Positions 37,679 to 48,385 are shown, numbered from the stretch's first letter. The stretch is DNA of 64,000 nt from an uncultured Candidatus Saccharibacteria bacterium (GCA_965231085.1 OZ246413.1:27991-91990); one strand, 5' to 3'. Numbers and translations are program-made. The notes: generated from the sequence alone by a model not told the origin.

Positions 37679-38725
37679 ATGGACATACTAAGTGGTGGGC
37701 AAACCGACTTTTTTGGCCTCGACCTAGGAACCACGGCTCTGCGAGTTGTGCAGCTGAGGGGGACTGGTCCTGTTAAGGTGCTCGACAAATATGGGCAAAT
37801 GCCGGTGCAGGGGACTGTAGCGGTCAGTGATGCCGCTGAAGACCAGGCTAAGATTGGTCAAATGCTAAAAACTCTTATAGCCCAAACCGGTATTACTACA
37901 AAAAACGTAGCGGTCAACCTACCTTCATCTAGAGTCTTTACGGCCGTTATTGATATGGACAAAGTTTCTGATGCCGAGCTTGCCAAGACCATTAATTATC
38001 AGGCTGACTCACTCATTCCTACACCTCTGAGTCAGTCCAAAATAGACTGGGCTGTGATTGGAGCCTCTCCAAAAGACCCTAAGAAAGTTGAGATTTTACT
38101 CTCGAGTGTTAGCAACGATTACATAGAGCGTCGTATGAATATGTTAGAGACAGCCGGTTTCAACGTTATCGCTATGGAGCCCGATAGCATGGCGCTGACA
38201 AGATCGGTCGTTGCGCCTGGCACAATATCGCCTCAACTTGTTTTGGATATTGGTAGTATCTCCACGGACCTGGTAATCGCTATGGGTGGGGCGCCACACC
38301 TAACTCGTTCGATACCTCTAGGGTCTAGAGCCTTTGTTAGTGCCGCAGCGCAAGGCTTAAATATTGATGCAGCCCAAGCTCAGCAATTTGTCTATAAATT
38401 TGGAATAGGCAAGGATAAACTAGAGGGCCAAATATATAACGCCATTATCGGTACAGTTGAAAATCTGATGGGCGAAATAGACAAATCCATAAAGTATTTT
38501 ATTGGGCGTCATCCTAATGAAAAATTAGACCGTATTATAATGACCGGCGGGGCTTCTAGCCTACCGGAATTACCGCTTTACGTGGCCAATAAGTTTGGAC
38601 TAAACGTAGAAATTGGAAACGCTTGGCGCAATGTTAACTTTCCGCAAGAGCGTCAGGATGAACTAATAAAAACCTCGAACCACTTTGCGGTTGCCGTTGG
38701 TTTAGCCGAAAGGACGCTTATATGA
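37679..38725 (+). CDS. pilM: Type IV pilus assembly protein PilM (actin-like ATPase fold)
   Basis: FFGLDLGTTALRVVQL; 348 aa; followed by pilN- and pilO-like genes. Confidence 0.85.
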   Translation: MDILSGGQTDFFGLDLGTTALRVVQLRGTGPVKVLDKYGQMPVQGTVAVSDAAEDQAKIGQMLKTLIAQTGITTKNVAVNLPSSRVFTAVIDMDKVSDAELAKTINYQADSLIPTPLSQSKIDWAVIGASPKDPKKVEILLSSVSNDYIERRMNMLETAGFNVIAMEPDSMALTRSVVAPGTISPQLVLDIGSISTDLVIAMGGAPHLTRSIPLGSRAFVSAAAQGLNIDAAQAQQFVYKFGIGKDKLEGQIYNAIIGTVENLMGEIDKSIKYFIGRHPNEKLDRIIMTGGASSLPELPLYVANKFGLNVEIGNAWRNVNFPQERQDELIKTSNHFAVAVGLAERTLI

Positions 38726-39399
38726 GCGGCGTGCAGTTTAACCTCCTTCCATCAGTTAAGTTGGACTATATTAGGGCCCAAAATACTCGCAACCGAGTTA
38801 CAGCGATTGCCACAGCTGTTTGCGGCATATCCATTGCCATACTTGTGATAATTGTTTTGTTTGTTGAAGTTGTGCAGAAAAAGCAACTTAACGATGCTTC
38901 TAACCAAATAAACACAGCGGTTAAAGCGATTCAGGCAGAGCCAGATATCACGAAGATATTAACAGTTCAGAACCAGCTAATGACACTATCGACCTTACAT
39001 GCTAATAAACATGTGAGCTCACGGGTTTTTGACTATTTATCTCAGCTCACACCAAACGGAGTTAGTCTGAGCCGGCTGTCTATTGATTACTCCAAAAATA
39101 GCATGACAATTGATGGTAATGCCGACTCAGCTGCTAGCGTTAATAAATTCGTTGATACTCTAAAATTCACAAACTACACAATTGGTACTGGTACAGCTAC
39201 GACCCCAGCATTTTCTTCGGTCGTGGAGAGCAATTTTAATATTAGTACAGCCGCGGTTAGCTATTCGCTAAGTGTTATTTTTGATCCTACTTTGTTTAGT
39301 AATAATGTCAAAGATTCTTCTGGTGCACTATCTGCTCCTAAGCTTTCGGTTCCAAATCAAACAACAACCCGGTCAACCATATTTAGTGGGGGTCAGTAA
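38722..39399 (+). CDS. pilN: PilN-like pilus assembly protein
   Basis: N-terminal FNLLP motif plus a single TM helix; start overlaps the pilM stop. Confidence 0.65.
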   Translation: MSGVQFNLLPSVKLDYIRAQNTRNRVTAIATAVCGISIAILVIIVLFVEVVQKKQLNDASNQINTAVKAIQAEPDITKILTVQNQLMTLSTLHANKHVSSRVFDYLSQLTPNGVSLSRLSIDYSKNSMTIDGNADSAASVNKFVDTLKFTNYTIGTGTATTPAFSSVVESNFNISTAAVSYSLSVIFDPTLFSNNVKDSSGALSAPKLSVPNQTTTRSTIFSGGQ

Positions 39400-39400
39400 A

Positions 39401-40084
39401 ATGGCAAAAGCAACTACTAAAAGAGGCCAAATTAGCGAAGCCCAGTCTCGCATTATGTTAATTGTTTCGATTGCTACGGTTGTCACCGTTTTCTGTTTGG
39501 CTAGCTCTAAGGCACTTTTGAGCCAGGCTGGATATCAGCGCCGGTTGATTAATGCCAGACATGCATCAGTAAAGCAGCTAGAGGCTAACAAAACTGCCAG
39601 CCAGACATTATCGGATCAGTATAGTAACGTGTTTCTAAATCCAACTAGCGCTACAAATATAATTGGCGGCAAAAACGACAAAAGCACTAGCGCCGTACCG
39701 CCGGATGGAGACAATGCACGGATCGTTTTAGACGCTCTGCCAACCAGCTATGACTTCGCTGGTTTGATTTCTAGCGTAGCTAACATATTGTCTAAAAACT
39801 CGATCGGTAGCCCAAGCATTACCGGGGTAGACCAATCAGACACCGCCAGTACCTCCGCGTCGGCTAATCCGCAACCAATAGCTATTAAATTGAGTATTGC
39901 TGGGCAGGGGACTTATACGAACGTTCAGAACGTGATAAAAGATCTGGAAAGATCAATACGACCATTTGATATATCTACAATGCAGATAAATGGTACCAAC
40001 GCCTCTATGAGTTTTACGGCCGATATCACGACCTACTATCAACCAGCAAAAACATTAGATACAACCACGAAGAAGGTGCAGTAA
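39401..40084 (+). CDS. PilO-like bitopic pilus assembly protein
   Basis: ATG 39401 gives MAKATTKRGQISEAQSRIMLIVSIATVVTVFCL (one TM helix). The call rests on position after pilN. Confidence 0.5.
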   Translation: MAKATTKRGQISEAQSRIMLIVSIATVVTVFCLASSKALLSQAGYQRRLINARHASVKQLEANKTASQTLSDQYSNVFLNPTSATNIIGGKNDKSTSAVPPDGDNARIVLDALPTSYDFAGLISSVANILSKNSIGSPSITGVDQSDTASTSASANPQPIAIKLSIAGQGTYTNVQNVIKDLERSIRPFDISTMQINGTNASMSFTADITTYYQPAKTLDTTTKKVQ

Positions 40085-40085
40085 A

Positions 40086-40349
40086 ATGAAGAAAAAAGAT
40101 ATTCTATACCTCGCTCTCACAGCTTTTATCGCTGCAATCTTTTCCTACCTAATTGCAAGTGTCGTCTTTAAAGTGCCGCTTAAAAGAACTGGTAGCGTGC
40201 CGATAGCCCAACCTATTCAGTCGAGCTTTCCAGACGTAAAGAATGATGCTGCTTACAAATCGTTCCTGAATGATCAAGCTCTTGATCCCACGCAGCCAAT
40301 CCAGATAGGAAGCGGCCAAAATAGCACACCATTTAACACGGCTAGGTAG
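40086..40349 (+). CDS. Small single-TM protein in the pilus operon
   Basis: 87 aa with an N-terminal TM helix. Confidence 0.4.
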   Translation: MKKKDILYLALTAFIAAIFSYLIASVVFKVPLKRTGSVPIAQPIQSSFPDVKNDAAYKSFLNDQALDPTQPIQIGSGQNSTPFNTAR

Positions 40350-40363
40350 GGAGTAGGCTCCAG

Positions 40364-42148
40364 GTGAACATTTTACTACCAGCAACCCAGTCAAGAGTTG
40401 AGGAAAACCTAGTCAAAGAAGGTCTGATAACTGAAGATAGGTTAGAGGCCCTAAAGGCCGAAGCGGCGACAAAACACACTCCTTTCTTTAGTCTTCTAAT
40501 TACTGCGGGGCACATCTCTGACGAGCAGTTAACTAAAGCTCTGGCCGACGCTAACAACACACCATATGTAAATCTTACTAACGCCCGAATTAATGCTAAG
40601 GTTCTAGAACTTTTACCTCAGGATGTAGCCGAGCATTACATGGCCGTACCACTGGGGGAGATGCAGGAGCGACTAGTGGTTGCAATGCTCGATGCCGGTA
40701 ATGTACAGGCAGTAGACTTTTTGAGTAATAAAATTGGCCGCCCGCTCAAAGTGTACGCGGCCAGCGAATCAGGGATCCGGCAGGTCTTAAAACAGTATGA
40801 TAAAAACATTCAAAGAGGAGTCTCGTCTTTATTGGAGGGGACTGATCAGGGAGCTGAAGAGACGTCAACCAAAGTAGAGCCAGCTGATAAAAATGTCCAG
40901 GTTATAGTTGAAGATTCACCGATTAGTAAGGCGCTCAGTGCAATCATGGATTATGCCGCCAAGAACCGAGCTAGCGACATACATATTGAACCGCTAGAAA
41001 AAGAGCTTAAAATTCGATGCCGAGTTGATGGCGTGCTCCGCGAAATAATGAAGCTACCCAAAAGCACAGAGGCTCCGCTGATAAGCCGTATAAAAATCTT
41101 ATCTAATCTAAAGATAGATGAACATCGAGTTCCGCAGGACGGTCAATTTACTGTTAAGGCTGATGGTAAGCCAATTGATTTGCGTGTCGCGATTAGCCCA
41201 ACCGTGTGGGGCGAGCAGATAGTAATCAGGCTTTTGGATAAAAGTGGCTCAAGCTTTCAGCTAGAAGATATGGGCTACACTGGCAGGTCGCTAAGGCTAC
41301 TTAGAAAAGGCTTGCAGCGACCATACGGCATGATCTTGACCTCAGGCCCTACCGGATCGGGTAAGTCCACTAGCATGTATGCTATGGTCCAGGAAATCAA
41401 GACCGATAATATCAATATAGTAACTCTTGAAGACCCAGTTGAGTACAAGATAGAAGGCGTTAACCAGATACAAATCAACCCTGATGTAGGCCTAACTTTT
41501 GCTACCGGCTTGCGTTCAATTTTGCGTCAAGATCCAGACGTTGTTATGGTCGGAGAGATTCGTGATAAAGAAACGGCCAACCTGGCTGTACAAGCAGCTT
41601 TAACCGGACACCTAGTATTTAGTACGCTGCACACCAATACAGCGGCTGGTATTTTGCCTCGGCTTCTTGATATGGGAGTCGAGCCTTTCTTAATAGCAAG
41701 TACCGTCAACACCGTAATTGGCCAGAGACTTGTGCGTAGAGTTGTGCCAGGGGGTGAAACTTATCCATCCAGTAAGGCTGAGACAGCTGCTATTCATGCT
41801 ACTCTTGGTAACCTTTTGCCCAAAACAAAAGAAGAAATGCCGGCTATAGCCCAGGATCTGGGATATAAGAGCTTGCCGCTTGCCACCCAAAACGCTTATA
41901 CTTTGGTTAAGGGTAGACCTACACAGGAAAACCCAACGGGGTATCAGGGCCGAATGGGATTATACGAGGTTTTCGAAGTAACAGAGCAGATACAAGATTT
42001 GATTATCAAACGTTCTACCAGCTCTATTATTCAACGTATGGCCCAGTCACAAGGCATGATAACCATGCGTCAAGACGGATATCTTAAAGCTCTAGCTGGA
42101 CTAACCAGTTTGCTAGAAGTCGACAGGGTAGCTGCGAGTGATGAGTAA
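40364..42148 (+). CDS. pilB: Type IV pilus extension ATPase PilB (GspE family)
   Basis: Walker A SGPTGSGKST, Asp box, His box LVFSTLHTN. 594 aa with an N-terminal GSPII-like domain. Confidence 0.93.
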   Translation: MNILLPATQSRVEENLVKEGLITEDRLEALKAEAATKHTPFFSLLITAGHISDEQLTKALADANNTPYVNLTNARINAKVLELLPQDVAEHYMAVPLGEMQERLVVAMLDAGNVQAVDFLSNKIGRPLKVYAASESGIRQVLKQYDKNIQRGVSSLLEGTDQGAEETSTKVEPADKNVQVIVEDSPISKALSAIMDYAAKNRASDIHIEPLEKELKIRCRVDGVLREIMKLPKSTEAPLISRIKILSNLKIDEHRVPQDGQFTVKADGKPIDLRVAISPTVWGEQIVIRLLDKSGSSFQLEDMGYTGRSLRLLRKGLQRPYGMILTSGPTGSGKSTSMYAMVQEIKTDNINIVTLEDPVEYKIEGVNQIQINPDVGLTFATGLRSILRQDPDVVMVGEIRDKETANLAVQAALTGHLVFSTLHTNTAAGILPRLLDMGVEPFLIASTVNTVIGQRLVRRVVPGGETYPSSKAETAAIHATLGNLLPKTKEEMPAIAQDLGYKSLPLATQNAYTLVKGRPTQENPTGYQGRMGLYEVFEVTEQIQDLIIKRSTSSIIQRMAQSQGMITMRQDGYLKALAGLTSLLEVDRVAASDE

Positions 42149-42165
42149 AAATAGAAGGTGGGAAG

Positions 42166-43233
42166 ATGCAGCCACAGCCAAAAATTGAGTTATTGCTAGA
42201 AGAGGTTATAAAAAGAAAAGCCTCTGATTTGCATTTGCAGGTTGGCCTACCACCGGTTCTTAGAATAGACGGTTCTCTAAAGCATCTTGAAGGCCAGCAG
42301 CCTCTAACCGAACAAGCGGTTGAGACCTTGGTATTTTCTCTACTAGAAGAGGATCAGAAAAAACTCCTATTAAGAGACAAGGAGTTTGATTTTAGCTTTG
42401 CTTTTGGTGATCTTGGGCGATTTAGGGTTAATGCTTTTCACGAAAGAAGCAACCTAGCTGCCGCACTAAGACTTATACCCAATAAAATAAAAACCATAGA
42501 TGAGCTAGGGCTACCAAAAATTGTAGCTAATTTTGCTAATTACCCCAGGGGGTTGGTGTTGGTTACCGGGCCAACTGGCTCAGGAAAATCCAGCACCTTA
42601 GCGGCAATAATCGATAAAATTAACACCGAACAGCCAAAGCACATCATAACTATTGAAGATCCCATTGAGTACACACATGAATCTAAAATGTCCGTTGTGG
42701 TTCAGCGTGAAGTCCATTATGACACTTATAGCTTCTCTGCGGCCCTACGTTCTAGTCTTCGTGAAGATCCAGACGTGGTGATGATAGGCGAGATGCGCGA
42801 TCTGGAGACCATAGCCGCCGCTATTACCATTGCCGAAACTGGCCATCTAGTCATTGCAACGTTACATACTAATAACGCAGCCCAAAGCATTGACCGCATG
42901 GTTGATGTTTTTCCGCCACACCAACAGCCACAAGTCAGGGCGCAGCTGGGCAATGTTTTGCAGGCAATTTGCTCACAAAGATTGATCCCAGCGCTTGCCG
43001 GCGGGAGAGTAGCGGCTACAGAGGTTTTGGTAGCCACTCCAGCAGTCAGAAATATCATAAGGGATGGTAAAAACTACCAGCTTGAAGCCGTTATCCAAAC
43101 CGGGGCGGAGAGCGGTATGCAGAGTATGGACAGAGTATTGGTTAATATGGTGCATGCCGGCACCATAAGCTATGACGAGGCGCGTAATTATGCCGTTGAC
43201 CTTGAGCAGCTTGATCGGTTGATGAGGGGCTAG
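42166..43233 (+). CDS. pilT: Twitching-motility retraction ATPase PilT
   Basis: ASDLHLQVGLPPVLRIDG, GPTGSGKSST, IATLHTNNA. 355 aa. Confidence 0.93.
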   Translation: MQPQPKIELLLEEVIKRKASDLHLQVGLPPVLRIDGSLKHLEGQQPLTEQAVETLVFSLLEEDQKKLLLRDKEFDFSFAFGDLGRFRVNAFHERSNLAAALRLIPNKIKTIDELGLPKIVANFANYPRGLVLVTGPTGSGKSSTLAAIIDKINTEQPKHIITIEDPIEYTHESKMSVVVQREVHYDTYSFSAALRSSLREDPDVVMIGEMRDLETIAAAITIAETGHLVIATLHTNNAAQSIDRMVDVFPPHQQPQVRAQLGNVLQAICSQRLIPALAGGRVAATEVLVATPAVRNIIRDGKNYQLEAVIQTGAESGMQSMDRVLVNMVHAGTISYDEARNYAVDLEQLDRLMRG

Positions 43234-43236
43234 CCA

Positions 43237-44454
43237 ATGGAAGTATATAAATACAGCGCCCGGGATACTAAGACCGGAGAGATAGTCAAAGCTGAAGTCG
43301 AAGCCCAAAATGAGCGGGCTGCCGGCAAACTTTTAATCGAAAAGGGTCTTACCCCGATTGAGATAAGTCTAAAAAACCAGTCCAAGAGCTTATTATCATT
43401 CCGAGATCGGATTAACACCAAGCAAAAGGTTATTTTTGCCAGACAACTTTCCACACTTGTTAACGCCGGGCTTCCATTAGTCCAAAGCCTGCAAAATGTT
43501 CAGGAACAGACTCCGAATAAAGAATTCCAAAAAGTAATTGCCAAGATTGTTAATGATGTCGAAGCAGGAGGGACGCTGGCTGATTCTCTTAGTAAGTACC
43601 CAAAACTGTTTGACACAGTTTATGTAAGCCTAGTAGCCGCCGGAGAAACGTCGGGGACTTTGGATAAAACGTTGGAGCGTTTAGCTAATCGCCAAGAGGC
43701 TGATGCTGAGATAGTTGGCAAAGTAAGAGGAGCGTTGGTTTATCCATTAGTGGTTATGCTGGTTTTGTTTGGTGTAGTAGTCTTTATGCTTGTGGCTGTA
43801 TTGCCTCAAGTTCAAAATATATATAAAGAACTGCCTGGCGCCAAACTACCTTTTATCACCTCTTGGCTGCTTTCCATATCACACCTAATGACTCAGCTAT
43901 GGTGGATATTCCTTCTGATCATTATTGGGATTGGGTATGGTCTATATCGTTGGCTTAATACGGCCGAAGGCAAGGAAGTCGCAGATCATCTAAAAATGAC
44001 TACCTGGCCAATGGCGCAACTGTTTAGAAAATTATATATGGCGCGTTTTTCAAGAACAGCTTCAACCCTGGTTGCTAGCGGGGTACCATTGATTCAGATG
44101 CTTGAAATAACATCTAGGGCAGTGGGGAATGTTCATGTCGCCGCTTCGATCAATAAAGCAGTAGAGCAAGTTAAGGGCGGCAAGGCGCTTTCTGAAAGTT
44201 TAAAAAATGACCCGAATTTTCTGCAACTTGTACCGGGGATGATTAGTATTGGCGAACAATCGGGCCAGCTCGACACCATGCTTTCCAAAGTAGCCGATTA
44301 TTATGAGAAGGAAGTTGATAATCAAATAAAATCAATATCATCGATCATCGAACCACTATTGATGATTGTGGTCGGCGCCATAGCTTTAATAATTGTTGCA
44401 GCTGTTCTTCTGCCTATATATAGCCTAGTTGGCAGAAATGTAAATGTGGTATAA
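43237..44454 (+). CDS. pilC: Type IV pilus platform protein PilC (GspF family)
   Basis: 405 aa with a duplicated GspF domain and three TM regions. Confidence 0.92.
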   Translation: MEVYKYSARDTKTGEIVKAEVEAQNERAAGKLLIEKGLTPIEISLKNQSKSLLSFRDRINTKQKVIFARQLSTLVNAGLPLVQSLQNVQEQTPNKEFQKVIAKIVNDVEAGGTLADSLSKYPKLFDTVYVSLVAAGETSGTLDKTLERLANRQEADAEIVGKVRGALVYPLVVMLVLFGVVVFMLVAVLPQVQNIYKELPGAKLPFITSWLLSISHLMTQLWWIFLLIIIGIGYGLYRWLNTAEGKEVADHLKMTTWPMAQLFRKLYMARFSRTASTLVASGVPLIQMLEITSRAVGNVHVAASINKAVEQVKGGKALSESLKNDPNFLQLVPGMISIGEQSGQLDTMLSKVADYYEKEVDNQIKSISSIIEPLLMIVVGAIALIIVAAVLLPIYSLVGRNVNVV

Positions 44455-44523
44455 TCCGCTTATGGTTAAATAGCTTAAAAGGCGCTAAAATTAATAATTA
44501 TATCGAAATTAAAGGGGTAAATA

Positions 44524-45018
44524 ATGAGGGCACCACTAGGTCTAAAAGAAAAAAAGCAAAGCGGATTTACGATCATCGAAGTCATGATTGTGTTGGCCGT
44601 TGCAGCGTTAATTATGCTAATAGTTTTCTTAGCCGTTCCAGCATTGCAGCGTAACGCACGTAACACATCAAGAACAGCTGACGCTTCAAAGATCGCAGCA
44701 GGTGTTAACGAATGTTTGAGTAACAAAAACGGCACAGTATCTAGCTGTAACGCAACCGCATCAGTGGTTGGCCCAACATTGGATGTGAATACCTTAAGCC
44801 AGCTTAAGACTGTTACAGTTGCAGCCGGTCCGGCTGCTGCGTCCAAAGCTAGCTTCCCAGCTGATACAGGTACGGCCGCAGTATTCTTTAAAACAGCTTG
44901 TACGGCCGCAGGCGACGACTACACAACAGGCGCCACTGTCAACGCTAATCAATTCGCTGTTCTATATAACAACGAAGGTACGGGCAGCACAGTTATTAAC
45001 CGATGCGTCGGTAACTAG
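44524..45018 (+). CDS. pilA: Major type IV pilin
   Basis: Class III signal ...KKQSG|FTIIEVMIVLAVAALIML with Glu at +5. Confidence 0.85.
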   Translation: MRAPLGLKEKKQSGFTIIEVMIVLAVAALIMLIVFLAVPALQRNARNTSRTADASKIAAGVNECLSNKNGTVSSCNATASVVGPTLDVNTLSQLKTVTVAAGPAAASKASFPADTGTAAVFFKTACTAAGDDYTTGATVNANQFAVLYNNEGTGSTVINRCVGN

Positions 45019-45055
45019 TAACTAGCCAATACTTTAGGCTATACTCATAAGCAAT

Positions 45056-45853
45056 ATGGGTATAGCCTTTTTGTTTGTTATCGGCTTGTGTATGGGCAGC
45101 TTTGTTAATGCTCTAGTCTGGAGGCTTCATGAAGGCAGGGATTGGGTTAGGGGAAGAAGCATTTGCCCAAATTGCAAACATACATTATCTGTCCGAGACC
45201 TTGTTCCTATAGCTAGCTGGGCGGTGCTTAAGGGCCGCTGCCGCTACTGCAGGGCATCAATATCTAAACAGTATCCGGTAGTAGAATTACTGGCAGCTAT
45301 TTGGTTTGCAGCCTCCTACTATTATTGGCCAGTCAGTCTCTCTACTACAGGTGGCTGGGTACTTTTGGTGACATGGCTTGTATGCTCCGTTGGCTTACTA
45401 GCGCTGATGTTGTTTGACCACAAATGGATGCTGCTGCCTAGCAAGATAATATATTCATCATTGGCCATTGCTGTAATAGGTAGGTGTATATACATTTTTG
45501 GTTATAGCAGCCAGGTTAGTCATGACCTAACTAGCTGGGCCCTAAGTGTTTTAGTCGCGAGCGGATTATTTTTTGTAATACATGAAGTTAGTAAGGGTCA
45601 GTGGATTGGTTTTGGCGATGTACGACTCGGTTTGCTAACCGGTACGTTAATAGCTAGCCCCTCTAAAAGTTTGCTTATGATCTTTCTAGCCTCTGTGCTT
45701 GGCACTATCTTTGCGATCCCTGGGGCCATGGCCAAGAAGAAGTTTCTAAACACTCGCTTTGCCTACGGGCCCTTCTTAATTGTTGCCACAGCCATTGCAG
45801 TTCTTTTTGGTCAAAGAATAATTGATTGGTACCTTGGATTTTTAACTAAATAA
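45056..45853 (+). CDS. pilD: Prepilin peptidase (A24 family)
   Basis: CPNC..CRYC N-terminal motif, GFGDVRLG and polytopic membrane layout. Confidence 0.9.
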   Translation: MGIAFLFVIGLCMGSFVNALVWRLHEGRDWVRGRSICPNCKHTLSVRDLVPIASWAVLKGRCRYCRASISKQYPVVELLAAIWFAASYYYWPVSLSTTGGWVLLVTWLVCSVGLLALMLFDHKWMLLPSKIIYSSLAIAVIGRCIYIFGYSSQVSHDLTSWALSVLVASGLFFVIHEVSKGQWIGFGDVRLGLLTGTLIASPSKSLLMIFLASVLGTIFAIPGAMAKKKFLNTRFAYGPFLIVATAIAVLFGQRIIDWYLGFLTK

Positions 45854-45884
45854 CAGTTCTCAAATCTGTTATACTTATGCTTAT

Positions 45885-46706
45885 ATGAGACGCCTCATGG
45901 GTGGGTATACAGTTGTCGAAGTAATGCTTTTTCTGACGATAAGCGGAGTTATATTTGCTGGGGCGGCATTTGTTTTTAATGGCCAACAGTCCAGGACTAG
46001 CTTTGAGCAGGGCATGAGAGATCTAAACTCGCAGCTTCAAAAATACGTTGATGAAATCAGCACAAGTGTTTTTCTAGGTGGCAACAATTTTACTTGCGCT
46101 ACTTCCGTCTCGACCGGCCGACCCACCTTAACGGCTGGCGGTAATGGCCAAGGGTCAAACCAAGACTGTATCTTTCTTGGGCGAGCCTTTCAAGTTGTTC
46201 CAACCCAACAAAAGATATTTATCTACAGCGTTCTAGGCAATAAGAGTACCTCATCCGGTGAGCCAGTTACTTCCTTTGCAAATGCTTCACCAACTCCAGC
46301 TGTTTCGGCCGGCACGGATTTAACGGAAGAATACGTTACCTCTTGGGGGACCGTAAAATCCTCAAAAGTCACCTACACCAATGGCACAACCGCCGATAGT
46401 GACCTAGTGGGTTTTTATAATAGTCTGCAAGATGGTTATCAAAACTCAGGTGTTACTGGCGCCCAATCCGTTTTTGGCAAGGGTTATGCCTATCAAAGTA
46501 CGGACATTAACAGTGCCCGTAGTACTGGGGTGCAAAGCTGTCTGCAGGAACAAAATGCCAACGGCGTAAGTTGCGCCAACACACCCATAATTACTAGCTG
46601 GGCAGTTTGTTTTGCTAGCACAGGTTCTGCCCAAACCGCGCTGCTTAATATCACAAGTGCCCCGACCGGTGTAACTACCGACATTAACTTTACGAGTTGC
46701 TCATGA
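45885..46706 (+). CDS. Pilin-like protein (minor pilin)
   Basis: MRRLMGG|YTVVEVMLFLTISGVIFAGAAF prepilin-type N-terminus. Confidence 0.65.
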   Translation: MRRLMGGYTVVEVMLFLTISGVIFAGAAFVFNGQQSRTSFEQGMRDLNSQLQKYVDEISTSVFLGGNNFTCATSVSTGRPTLTAGGNGQGSNQDCIFLGRAFQVVPTQQKIFIYSVLGNKSTSSGEPVTSFANASPTPAVSAGTDLTEEYVTSWGTVKSSKVTYTNGTTADSDLVGFYNSLQDGYQNSGVTGAQSVFGKGYAYQSTDINSARSTGVQSCLQEQNANGVSCANTPIITSWAVCFASTGSAQTALLNITSAPTGVTTDINFTSCS

Positions 46707-48385
46707 AAATATTACTAATAAAATTAAAACTGCTGTTCTCTGGCGATGGGGCCGGCCCCTCAAAGTCTAGCCGAGGGGATACGATTGTCGAAGTGATGAT
46801 GTCGCTAGTAGTTTTATCGATGATTCTTACTACTGTCTACGCACTGAGCTCTAGGAGTCTTAGAGCTGGCACGGAGGCCAACCAGCGAACAGAAGCTCTT
46901 AATTATGCACAGAGCCAAGTAGACCTACTAATAAATGCTAAAAACACTGATCCTAATTTTGCTACTAACTATCAAGTAAGCCAACCATTCTGTTTGAATA
47001 CCGATGGCACAAAAAATACTGCTGCTCAAGCAACGACCAACAAGCTTTGCAACAGCTATAACGGCAGCCAATACAATGTGGGCGTCAGCTACAACAACAA
47101 TCTATTTACGGTAACCGCTCAATGGGATAACCCAGATGCCCCGAACGGAACAGCAAACCTAAATCTTTACTACAAGCTACCAGGAGTTTACAAAAAAGCT
47201 CTAGTTACGGCGGGTACTGGCTCAGCTGCTGGGACCTCGGCAACTATCAATGGCACGGTTAACCCTAATGGTAATGTTATTACAGACTGTTATTTTAATT
47301 ATGATACGACCACTAACTACACCCAGCCCAAGAAAGTTAGTTGCTCGAGCTTGCCGGGAGGCTCTGGTACGACAGATATTGCGGTAACCGCTACTATTTC
47401 TAACTTAGACCCAGACACTATATATTATTTTCAGCTGTGCGCTACGAATCTCGTAGGTACCTCCTGCAGTGTTAATAACGGTACGTTTACGACCCCAGCT
47501 AGACCGACAATCAGCAATGAGGGGGCCAATAATACGGTCAGCGCTTCAGGCAATACGGCCGACCTTGTGGCTCAGGTCAACCCCAATGGTACAGATACTA
47601 CCTGTGTTTTTGAGTGGGGATTAACTACGGCCTATGGGGCTAATGGTAGTCCAAAAAATTGTGGAGGCTCGATAGGAGCGGGCACTACACCTGTGCCAGT
47701 TACTGCCAAGGCTGCCAGCTTGAGTGTTGGTCAAACCTACCATTTTAGAGTAGTAGCTACTAATGCGGCGGGCACAACAACTGGCACCGATCATACTTTC
47801 GTTACGTCTTTACCCGCCAAGCCAACCGTAACTTTAACTGCCGATTCAGGATCTAACACAATTGCTTATAATTCAGGCACAACTTTGCGGTGGACGTCCA
47901 CGAACGCCACCAGTTGTACTGGTAATGGGTTCTCCACGGGCGGAACAAGCCCAGTCTCAGGTAACGCCCCAACCGGTAATTTGCTGGTGACTACTAGCTA
48001 CAGCGTTACTTGCTCGGGAGCCGGCGGCACAACAACAAGTAGTCCCGCAACAACAGTGCTAGTTGGCTCACCGCCACCTCCGCCACCACCTCCGCCACTG
48101 GCTTGGTTGTGTGGTAATTTTTGGAATAACGGCTATACCTGCGCTGGCCCATTTGGCCCTGGTGATTATGGCTGGGTAGAACAGTATGGTGTTCAAAATG
48201 ATAATCTTTCATGGGTGAACCTACAAAACACAACCATTGCACTTTATGCTGGAATATATTTCAACACCTATGACGGAGGCGGGGGAGTATGTATCACTCT
48301 TTCTACATCGAGCTGGACACCAGTAAGCCTCTGGGCGTCAAACATGGGCGGTACGTCTTCTTTCAAGGTTGGTGTAGGGTGTTAG
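46703..48385 (+). CDS. Large modular pilin-like protein (prepilin N-terminus, FN3/Ig-like repeats, Pro9 linker, Cys/Trp-rich C-terminal domain)
   Basis: ..SSRG|DTIVEVMMSLVVLSMIL. Two VNPNG...YHFRVVATN-type repeats plus a third Ig-like module. CCGCCACCTCCGCCACCACCTCCGCCA at 48071..48097. Confidence 0.65.
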   Translation: MKILLIKLKLLFSGDGAGPSKSSRGDTIVEVMMSLVVLSMILTTVYALSSRSLRAGTEANQRTEALNYAQSQVDLLINAKNTDPNFATNYQVSQPFCLNTDGTKNTAAQATTNKLCNSYNGSQYNVGVSYNNNLFTVTAQWDNPDAPNGTANLNLYYKLPGVYKKALVTAGTGSAAGTSATINGTVNPNGNVITDCYFNYDTTTNYTQPKKVSCSSLPGGSGTTDIAVTATISNLDPDTIYYFQLCATNLVGTSCSVNNGTFTTPARPTISNEGANNTVSASGNTADLVAQVNPNGTDTTCVFEWGLTTAYGANGSPKNCGGSIGAGTTPVPVTAKAASLSVGQTYHFRVVATNAAGTTTGTDHTFVTSLPAKPTVTLTADSGSNTIAYNSGTTLRWTSTNATSCTGNGFSTGGTSPVSGNAPTGNLLVTTSYSVTCSGAGGTTTSSPATTVLVGSPPPPPPPPPLAWLCGNFWNNGYTCAGPFGPGDYGWVEQYGVQNDNLSWVNLQNTTIALYAGIYFNTYDGGGGVCITLSTSSWTPVSLWASNMGGTSSFKVGVGC

